The translations under genes were made by a program, and so were the position numbers. The notes beneath the pieces were generated by a model that saw nothing but the letters and a program-made list of their open reading frames with translations, was not told the DNA's origin and did not search any database. From contig OZ024744.1 in the NCBI GenBank assembly GCA_964016885.1, positions 15,314,001 through 15,378,000 on the forward strand: a stretch of DNA of 64,000 bases. The letters run 5' to 3'. The DNA comes from Eledone cirrhosa. Lineage: Eukaryota. Shown piece by piece: positions 21,001 to 31,662 of the stretch (the stretch's first letter is position 1; each line of letters opens with the position of its first letter).

Positions 21001-24000
21001 ACACACACATATACACACTCTCACACATATACACTCTCTCTCACACACACATACTCTCTCTCAGACACACACATATACACTCTCTCTCACACATATACAC
21101 TCTCTCACACACACATATACACTCTCTCACACACACATATACACTCTCTCTCACACACAGATATACACTCTCTCACACACACACATATACACTCTCTCTC
21201 TCTCACACACATATACACTCTCTCACACACACACATATACACTCTCTCACACACACACATATACACTCTCTCACACACATATACACTCTCACACACACAC
21301 ATATACACTCTCTCACACACACACATACACTCTCTCAGAGACACCGATATACACTCTCTCACACACACATATACACTCTCTCACACACACATATACTCTC
21401 TCACACACACATATACACTCTTTCTCTCACACATGCACTCTCTCTATCACACACACATATACACTCTCTCTCTCACACACATATACACTATCTCACACAC
21501 ACATAAATACTCTCACACACACACATATACACTCTCTCACACACACACATATACACTCTCACACACACACATATACACTGTCACACACACACATATACAC
21601 TATCTCACACACACACATATACTCTCTAATACACACATATATACACTCTCACACACACATATACACTCTCTCTCTCACACACATATACACTCTCTCACAC
21701 ACACATATACACTCTCACACTCACACATATACACTCTCTCACACACACACATATACACTCTCTCACACACACATATACACTCTCTCACACACACATATAC
21801 TCTCTAACACACACACATATACACTCTCTCACACACACATATACACTCTCTCACACACACACATATACACTCTCTCACACACACATATACACTGCCTCAC
21901 ACACACATATACACTCTCTCACACACACATATACACTCTCACACACACACATATACACTCTCACACCCACACATATACACACTCCCTCTCACACACATAT
22001 ACACTCTCTCACACACACATATACACTCTCACACACACACATATACACTCTCTCACACACACTTACACTCTCTAAGACACACACACATATACACTCTCAC
22101 ACACACACATATACACTCTCTCTCTCACACACATATACACTCTCTCACACACATATACACTCTCTCGCACACACATATACACTCTCTCACACCCACACAT
22201 ACACTCTCACACACACACATATACACTCTCTCACACACACACTCTCTCAGAGACACACATATACACTCTCTCACACACATATATACACTATCTCACACAC
22301 ACATATACACTCTCTTACACACACATATACACTATCTCACACACACATATATACTCTCTCACATACACACATATACACTCTCACACACACACATATACAC
22401 TCTCTCTCTCACACACATATACACTCTCTCACACACACATATACACTCTCTCGCACACACATATACACTCTCTCACACACACATATATACACTCTCACAC
22501 ACACACACACATACTCTCTCTCACACACATATACCCTCTCTCACACACACATATACACTCTCTCACACACACATATACACTCTCTCACACACACATATAC
22601 ACTCTCACACACACACATATACACTCTCACACACACATATACACACTCTCTCACACACATATACACTCTCTCACACACACATATATACACTCTCACACAC
22701 ACACATATACACTCTCTCACACATACATACACTCTCTAACACACACACACATATACACTCTCACACACACATATACACTCTCTCTCTCACACACATATAC
22801 ACTCTCTCACACACACACATACACTCTCTCACACACACACATACACTCTCTCACACACATATACACTCTCACACACACACATATACACTCTCTCACACAC
22901 ACATACACTCTCTAACACACACACACATATACACTCTCACACACACATATACACTCTCTCTCTCACACACATATACACTCTCTCACACACACACATACAC
23001 TTTCTCACACACATATACACTCTCACACACACACATATACACTATCTCACACACACATACAATCTCTAATACACACATATATACACTCTCACACACACAT
23101 ATACACTCTCTCTCTCACACACATATACACTCTCTGACACACACATATACACTCTCTCGCACACACATATACACTCTCTCACACACACATATACACTCTC
23201 ACACACACACATACTCCCTCTCACACACATATACACTCTCTCACACACACATATACACTCTCACACATGCACACATATACACTCTCTCTCTCACACACAT
23301 ATACACTCTCTCACACACACATATACACTCTCTATCACATACATATACACTCTCTCACACACACATATACACTCTGACACACACACATATACACTCTCTC
23401 ACACATACATATACACTCTCTCACACACCCATATACACTCTCTCACACACACATATATACTCTCTCACACACACATATACACTCTCTCTCACAGACATAT
23501 ACACTCTCTCACACACATATATACACTCTCTATCACACACATATACACTCTCTCACACACACATATACACTCTCTCATACACACATATATACTCTCACAC
23601 ACACACATATACACTCTCTCACACACACATATACACTCTCTCACACACACACATATACACTCTCTCACACACACACATATACACTCTCTCACACACACAT
23701 ATATACACTCTCTCACACACACACACATATACACTCTCTCACATACACATATACACTCTCTCTCACACATATACACTCTCTCTCACAAATATACACTCTC
23801 ACACACACACACATACACTCTCACACACACACACATATACACTCTCTCACACACACATATGCACTCCCTCACACACACATATACACTCTCACACACACAT
23901 ATACACTCACACACACACATATACACTCTCACACACACATATACACTCTCTCACACACACACATATACACTCTCTCACACACACACATAAACACTCTCTC

Positions 24001-27000
24001 ACACACATATACACTCTCACACACACACATATACACTCTCTCACACACACACATACACTCTCTCAGAGACACCGATATGCACTCTCTCACACACACATAT
24101 ACACTCTCTCACACACACATATACTCTCTCACACACACATATACACTCTCTCTCTCACACATGCACTCTCTTTATCACACACACATATACACTCTCTCTC
24201 TCACACACATATACACTCTCTCACACACACATATATACTCTCACACACACACATATACACTCTCTCACACAGACATATACACTCTCACACACACACATAT
24301 ACACTCTCTCACACACATATACACTCTCTCACACACATACACTCTCTAACACACACACACATACACTCTCACACACACACATATACACTCTCACACACAC
24401 ACATATACACTCTCTCACACACACATATACACTGTCACACACACACATATACACTATCTCACACACACATATACACTCTCTCACACACATACACTCTCTA
24501 ATACACACATATATACACTCTCACACACACATATACACTCTCTCTCTCACACACATATACACTCCCTCACACACACATATACACTCTCACACACACACAT
24601 ATACACTCTCTCAAACACACACATATACACTCTCACACACACACATATACACTCTCTCACACACACACATACACTCTCTCACACACACATACACTCTCTA
24701 ACACACACACATATACACTCTCACACACACACATATACACTCTCACACACACACATATACACTCTCTCACAAAAAAACATATACACTGTCACACACACAC
24801 ATATACACTCTCTCACACACACATATATACTCTCTCACACACACACATACACTCTCTAATACACACATATATACACTCTCACACACACATATACACTCTC
24901 TCTCTCACACACATATACACTCTCTCACACACACATATACACTATCTCACACACACATATATACTCTCTCACATACACACATATACACTCTCACACACAC
25001 ACATATACACTCTCTCTCTCACACACATATACGCTCTCTCACACACACATATACACTCTCTCACACACACATACACTCTCTAACACACACACATATACAC
25101 TCTCACACACACACATATACACTCTCACACACACACATATACACTCTCTCACACACACATATACACTCTCTCACACACACACACATACACTCTCTAATAC
25201 ACACATATATACACTCTCACACACACATATACACTCTCTCTCTCACACACATATACACTCTCTGACACACACATACACTCTCTCACACACACATATACAC
25301 TCTCTCACACACACACATATACACTCTCACACACACACATACTCCCTCTCACACACATATACCCTCTCTCACACACACACATATACACTCTCTCACACAC
25401 ACATATACACTCTCTCACACACACATATACACTCTCACAAACACACATATACACTCTCACACACACACATATACACACTCCCTCTCACACACATATACAC
25501 TCTCTCACACACACATATACACTCTCACACACACACATATACACTCTCTCACACACACTTACACTCTCTAAGACACACACACACATATACACTCTCACAC
25601 ACACACATATACACTCTCTCTCTCACACACATATACACTCTCTCACACACATATACACTCTCTCGCACACACATATACACTCTCTCACACACACACATAC
25701 ACTCTCACACACACACATATACACTCTCTCACACACACATATACACTCTCTCACACACACACTCTCTCAGAGACACACATATACACTCTCTCACACACAC
25801 ATATACACTATCTCACACACACATATACACTCTCTCACACACACATATACACTATCTCACACACACATATATACTCTCTCACATACACACATATACACTC
25901 TCACACACACACATATACACTCTCTCTCTCATACACATATACACTCTCTCACACACACATATACACTCTCACACATGCACACATATACACTCTCTTACAC
26001 ACACACATATACACTCTCACAGACACACATATACACTCTCTCTCACACACACATATACACTCTCTATCACATACATATACACTCTCTCACACACACATAT
26101 ACACTCTGACACACACACATATACACTCTCTCACACATACATATACACTCTCTCACACACCCATATACACTCTCTCACACACACATATATACTCTCTCAC
26201 ACACACATATACACTCTCTCTCACAGACATATACACTCTCTCACACACACATATACACTCTCTATCACACACATATACACTCTCTCACACACACATATAC
26301 ACTCTCTCATACACACATATATACTCTCACACACACACATATACACTCTCTCACACACACACATATACACTCTCTCACACACACACACATATACACTCTC
26401 TCACATACACATATACACTCTCTCTCACACATATACACTCTCTCACAAATATACACTCTCACACACACACACATACACTCTCTCACACACACACATATAC
26501 ACTCTCTCACACACACATATGCACTCCCTCACACACACATATACACTCTCACACACACATATACACTTCCACACACACACATATACACTCTCTCTCACAC
26601 ACATATACACTCTCTCACACACACACATATACACTCTCACACACACACATATACACTCTCTCTCACACACATGTACACTCTCTCACACACACACATACAC
26701 TCTCTCAGAGACACACATATACACTCTCTCACACACTCACATATACACTCTCTCTCACACACACATATACACTCTCACACACTCACATATACACTCTCAC
26801 ACACACACATATACACTCTCTCACACACACATATACACTCTCACACACATATACACTCTCACACACACACATATACACTCTCTCTCTCACACACATATAC
26901 ACTCTCTCATACACACACATATACACTCTCTCACACACACACATACTCTCTCTCACACACACATATACACTCTCTCACACACACATATATACACTCTCAC

Positions 27001-28994
27001 ACTCACACACATACACACACATATACTCTCTCTCACACACACATATACACTCTCTCACACACACATATACACTCTCTCTCTCACACACATATACACTCTC
27101 TCACACACACTTACACTCTCTAAGACACACACACATATACACTCTCACACACACACATATACACTCTCTCTCTCACACACATATACACTCTCTCACACAC
27201 ATATACACTCTCTCGCACACACATATACACTCTCTCACACACACACATACACTCTCACACACACACATATACACTCTCTCACACACACATATACACTCTC
27301 TCACACACACACTCTCTCAGAGACACACATATACACTCTCTCACACACACATATACACTATCTCACACACACATATACACTCTCTCACACACACATATAC
27401 ACTATCTCACACACACATATATACTCTCACATACACACATATACACTCTCACACACACACATATACACTCTCCCTCTCTCATACACATATACACTCTCTC
27501 ACACACACATATACACTCTCACACATGCACACATATACACTCTCTTACACACACACATATACACTCTCACAGACACACATATACACTCTCTCTCACACAC
27601 ACATATACACTCTCTATCACATACATATACACTCTCTCACACACACATATACACTCTGACACACACACATATACACTCTCTCACACATACATATACACTC
27701 TCTCACACACCCATATACACTCTCTCACACACACATATATACTCTCTCACACACACATATACACTCTCTCTCACAGACATATACACTCTCTCACACACAC
27801 ATATACACTCTCTATCACACACATATACACTCTCTCACACACACATATACACTCTCTCATACACACATATATACTCTCACACACACACATATACACTCTC
27901 TCACACACACATATACACTCTCTCACACACACACATATACACTCTCTCACACACGCACACATATACACTCTCTCACATACACATATACACTCTCTCTCAC
28001 ACATATACACTCTCTCACAAATATACACTCTCACACACACACACATACACTCTCTCACACACACACATATACACTCCCTCACACACACATATGCACTCCC
28101 TCACACACACATATACACTCTCACACACACATATACACTCTCACACACACACATATACACTCTCTCTCACACACATATACACTCTCTCACACACACATAT
28201 ACACTCTCACACACACACATATACACTCTCTCTCACACACATGTACACTCTCTCACACACACATACACTCTCTCAGAGACACACATATACACTCTCTCAC
28301 ACACACACATATACACTCTCTCTCACACACACATATACACTCTCACACACTCACATATACACTCTCACACACACACATATACACTCTCTCACACACACAT
28401 ATACACTCTCACACACATATACACTCTCACACACACACATATACACTCTCTCTCTCACACACATATACACTCTCTCATACACACACATATACACTCTCTC
28501 ACACACACATATACTCTCTCTCACACACACATATACACTCTCTCACACACACATATATACACTCTCACACTCACACACACACACATACACACACATATAC
28601 TCTCTCTCACACACACATATACACTCTCTCACACACACACACACATATACACTCTCACACACATACATATATACTCTCAGACACACACATATACACTCTC
28701 ACACACACAAATATACTCTCTCACACACACATATACACTCTCACACACACATATATACACTCTCCCACACACACATATACACTCTCACACACACACATAC
28801 ACTCTCACAGACACACACATATACACTCTCTCACACACACATATACATTCTCACACACACACATATACACTCTCTCACACACACATATACACTCTCACAC
28901 ACACACATATACATTCTCACACAAATTACATATATATTCTCAGACACACACATATACACTCTCACACACACATATATACTCTCTCTCACACACA
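1..28994. repeat. Compound microsatellite satellite, unit ~20-24 bp: (CA)3-6 TATA CA (CT)2-5; roughly 1,300 units; runs off the left edge
   Basis: Continuous repetition of cacacacatatacactctct-type units, with an almost G-free + strand. It ends abruptly at ...cacaca|ggggttgc (28994/28995). Unit count is estimated as length divided by ~22. Confidence 0.98.
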
Positions 28995-29094
28995 GGGGTT
29001 GCTCCATACATGTCATTCTGTTTTGTTGGACACTTTGCAGATTACTTCATGTGTAAATATGTACACACATACCTCACCCAAGGGAGATTCTATG

Positions 29095-29160
29095 GGGTGA
29101 CTTGACGAGCTGGAAATAGCAGCCAAATCTTCCTCAAATCACACTAGGCTATCTTTAAAA
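29095..29160. mobile_element. Short fragment of a dispersed repeat (gctggaaatagcagccaaatcttcctcaaatcacac)
   Basis: The motif resembles an abundant dispersed repeat I recall from octopus genomes. There is no second copy in the window and no termini or TSD are visible. The call is from memory only. Confidence 0.4.
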
Positions 29161-29306
29161 TGTAATGATATTGTAATTTACAAATAAATAAAAATAAAAT
29201 AAAATACAAAGAAATTGAAGGTTAGCTGTGTATGCTTAACCAGGACTGACTGACAGATGAATAATGACAGAGACAATCATATACATAGACATACACACAT
29301 ACATAC

Positions 29307-29427
29307 TTTAAATAACTGAAGCAGGCATGGGTCTGTAACTCGCAAGAGAATTGTTGGAGAGTCGTATTGATATATTGCATTTCTAGAGCATCTTTTAAAC
29401 TTGGCAGATCACATCTCTTCTCCAGGT
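29307..29427 (-). CDS. Candidate internal coding exon, 121 nt, phase 1 in and phase 2 out: (x)LEKRCDLPSLKDALEMQYINTTLQQFSCELQTHACFSYL(K/N); protein family not recognised
   Basis: Minus strand: a pyrimidine-rich tract (~29490-29451) is followed by ctgctgtatttAG (AG at 29429-29428). Then come 39 uninterrupted codons in one frame, while the other two frames stop early. The donor is AAA|GTATGT at 29306-29301. An in-frame TAA lies 6 codons upstream of the acceptor codon, so the open frame roughly coincides with the splice signals. It is too short to appear in the ORF track. Confidence 0.55.
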
Positions 29428-29502
29428 CTAAATACAGCAGATTTTATTCCAGAGAAGAATAGAGAGTGAGAGAATAGAAATGAGAAAGAGATATAGAAGA
29501 AG

Positions 29503-29560
29503 AATCGACCCCAGTACTTGACTGGTACATTTTTTTATCGAGCTTAGATGGATGAAATGA
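29503..29560 (-). mobile_element. Degraded SINE body fragment
   Basis: The reverse complement (tttcatccatctaagctcgataaaaaaatgtaccagtcaagtactggggtcgatt) aligns by eye with tttcatccttatggggtcgataaaataaagtaccagt of the SINE at 31157-31193. Confidence 0.7.
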
Positions 29561-29790
29561 TACAAGATTGTAAAAACATACAACCTTCTCCATTTCAAAT
29601 ATTTCAAATACAAAAATCTGTCTTGTTATTTCAAAGATGATTAGAAACGGCCATATAGGCATTCAGAAAAATTTCAGATTCAGGTGAGTGTAAAGTTAAA
29701 ACAGCAAAACTTCAGGTGCAAAGTGGTTTAACAATCAATTATTACCAGGCTGTTGTTTGTTGGTCTTTTAAAGCAATAATCTGTTATTTT

Positions 29791-30072
29791 ATTTTGTTAT
29801 CTGTTATACATAAACATATTTTGTCAAATATATTTTACAGACATAAGTTATACATCATCATCATCATCATCATCATTTTACGTCCGCTTTTCCCTGTTTG
29901 CAGTGGTGGAAATATTTTGTTATCTGTTATAAACATATTATGTCAACTATATTTTACAGCAGTTATACAATGGTGGAAATATTTTTTTATCTGTTATCTG
30001 TTATAAACATATTATGTCAACTATATTTTACAGAAGTTATACAATGGTGGAAATATTTTGCTACCCGTTATA
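29791..30072. repeat. AT-rich minisatellite, ~67-74 bp unit, ~3.5 copies
   Basis: tggtggaaatatttt recurs at 29904, 29971 and 30045, and taaacatatt(a/t)tgtcaa(c/a)tatattttacag occurs three times. The first unit is interrupted by a (CAT)8 fragment. Confidence 0.9.
29853..29900 (-). mobile_element. 5'-truncated retro-element 3' tail ending in (ATG)8
   Basis: (CAT)8 followed by tttacgtccgcttttccctg. The reverse complement ggaaaagcggacgtaaaatgatgatg resembles ggaagatagacgttaaatgatgatg at 31572-31596. It sits inside a minisatellite unit, between gttataca and gtggtggaaat. Confidence 0.6.
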
Positions 30073-30101
30073 TGTTATTTGAAAATGTTTTGTATACATT
30101 A

Positions 30102-31003
30102 CTAGCAGTGGTACCCGGCGTTGCATGGGATAAGGTATTTTGGAACGTGGGCCACCAACAGACCTAATCGTGGAAAAACTGCATGCCTGGACAATATGTA
30201 AAGAAAATAAACTCTGATGGCTGGATAATCTTTAAGATTTTCCTCGACGAAGCAAGAAAAATGCAGGTTTTCACCTAATGCGAGCCCTAGGGGATCAAGA
30301 AAATGAATTTTTTTATGTGCATAATATGCTTTGAAATTTCGGGAAAATTGGCTAGACGTAACACCACAAAAAAGCCCTAAAAAGCTGAAAATATGAATTT
30401 TTACACCTAATGCGGGCCCTAGGCCATAAAAAAGTTGCATTTTCTTTGCTCACGGTATGAAGAAGAGTCTGACTAATACATAGTTACAATTTCAAGGAAA
30501 TCCGTCTGACGTAACACCTCAAAAAAAACCTAAAAAGCTTAAAAAACGCAATTTTTCACCTAATGCGGGCGCTAAGAGATCAAAAATGCATAACACTCCC
30601 TGAAACATAAGTAATACACATGTAAAGTTTGAAAAAAATCGGTTGGGTACTTCTCGAGTTTTAGGGATTCAAACTCACACACACACACACACAGAGACAA
30701 ACATCTTCAGGGAAGTGATGTAATGCAGACAGCCAGACATACATACAGATATTATAAGGGCGCGACGTTATATCTATGTATCTATCTAAAAAGAGAAAGT
30801 CTAAGAATTATAGAGAGAGATCACTAAATCGCCTAATGCGGTCCCTAGGGCATTGAAAATTTGAAATTTTTTTTGCTCAGAACACTCCCTGAAACATAAT
30901 TACATGTGTAAAGTTTGAAAACAGTCGGTTGGGTGCTACTTGAGTTTTAGGGATTCAAAATCACACACACACAGACAGACATCCTCAGTTTTATATATAG
31001 AGA
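30102..31003 (-). mobile_element. Non-autonomous Helitron (rolling-circle transposon), ~900 bp, composite
   Basis: The minus-strand 5' end reads A|TCTCTATATATAAAACTGAGGATGTCTGTCTGTGTGTG (TC at 31003-31002). The 3' end reads CTAG|T (30105-30102), with an imperfect GC-rich hairpin 8 nt inside it (cccggcgttgcatggg, 30114-30129). It is inserted between A and T with no TSD. These are the canonical Helitron hallmarks. No RepHel ORF is present. Confidence 0.85.
30268..30860. repeat. Internal subrepeats of the Helitron
   Basis: cctaatgcg(a/g)(g/t)c(c/g)cta occurs four times (~30274, 30406, 30559, 30832). gacgtaacacc.caaaaaa..cctaaaaagct occurs twice (~30355, 30508). Confidence 0.85.
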
Positions 31004-31017
31004 TTATATTATCGTTC

Positions 31018-31236
31018 ATGGTGGTCTTGTGGGAGATACCAGAGATGGTGCAGGTCATGGTTTGGAGTTCAATCCTGGTCATGAGATGCACATATGGGTT
31101 CATACTAATCATCTTCATTTTTTTTTAGTTCAAATCCCGCCGAGGTTAACTTTGCCTTTCATCCTTATGGGGTCGATAAAATAAAGTACCAGTAATACAC
31201 TGAGTAATTGCTGGCCTTGTGCCAAAAGTAGAAACA
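31018..31236 (+). mobile_element. SINE-containing retro-insertion with an 18-bp target-site duplication
   Basis: 31127-31236 starts with B-box-like agttcaaatcccgcc, continues with gaggttaactttgcctttcatcc...ggggtcgataaaataaagtaccag, and ends with the tail attgctggccttgtgccaaaagtagaaaca. It resembles octopus tRNA-derived SINEs from memory and has a second copy at 29503-29560. It is flanked by attattatattatcgttc at 31237-31254 and by the same 18-mer split as 30098-30101 plus 31004-31017. Confidence 0.75.
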
Positions 31237-31244
31237 ATTATTAT

Positions 31245-31662
31245 ATTATCGTTCCTTTGGCTCCACAAAGTAGATATTTTGGTTTCCTTTTCGAAATAAA
31301 CCACGTTGGGCCTCTCTCTCTCTCTACAAACTTTTCTCTCACTACAAATTCATCCCATTTATCCGCCTCTCTTTCTACAAACCCATCTCATCTACCCCTT
31401 TCTTTCACTCATTCATTTTGGTGCTAGGAAGATAGACGGCTTTTCAAATTCTCTCCATGGATTTTTAAAGATTTCCAACTTATGTCCTAGCCATCCATAG
31501 ATTATTTTTGCTTCTAAGAGTATTTCTCTTCACCAATTTGAAAATGTTTTGTATATCTCCCACGCTAGCATGGAAGATAGACGTTAAATGATGATGATGA
31601 TTATTATCGTTCGTTTGGCTCCACAAAGTATATATTTCGGTCTCATTCTCGAAATAAACCAC
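31245..31662. repeat. 60-bp direct repeat pair (31245-31304 and 31603-31662), part of an older ~90-bp duplicated segment
   Basis: Manual ungapped alignment gives 54/60 identical. The upstream 20-mer atttgaaaatgttttgtata is also duplicated (30077-30096 and 31536-31555). Confidence 0.9.
31556..31600 (+). mobile_element. 5'-truncated retro-element 3' tail ending in (ATG)4
   Basis: cacgctagcatggaagatagacgttaaatgatgatgatg. It appears to be the same family as 29853-29900 in the opposite orientation, and it is absent from the paralogous copy of the flanking duplicated segment. Confidence 0.6.

Noticed and set aside
1-28994. Recursive splice sites within the putative intron
   Set aside because: The minus strand lacks polypyrimidine tracts and YAG|GT ratchet motifs.
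83-29056. Long His/Thr/Ser/Leu/Ile/Tyr ORFs (up to 1184 aa) and Cys/Val/Arg/Glu antisense ORFs
   Set aside because: These are translations of a nearly G-free dinucleotide repeat in which stop codons are rare. Several overlapping frames are open and indels are 2-bp multiples, so there is no codon constraint.
29582-29617. Minus-strand 36-nt mini-exon (IFVFEIFEMEKV) before GTATGT at 29581
   Set aside because: The acceptor context is purine-rich (aataacaagacag) and its phase-0 end does not fit the downstream exon.
31018-31095. Functional tRNA gene
   Set aside because: A/B-box-like motifs are present, but I could not fold a cloverleaf with acceptor and anticodon stems.
31245-31662. 60-bp direct repeat read as a long RTE-type TSD around 31305-31600
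   Set aside because: The upstream 20-mer is also duplicated (30077 and 31536), so the repeat is an older segment duplication and the tail insertion is only ~45 bp.
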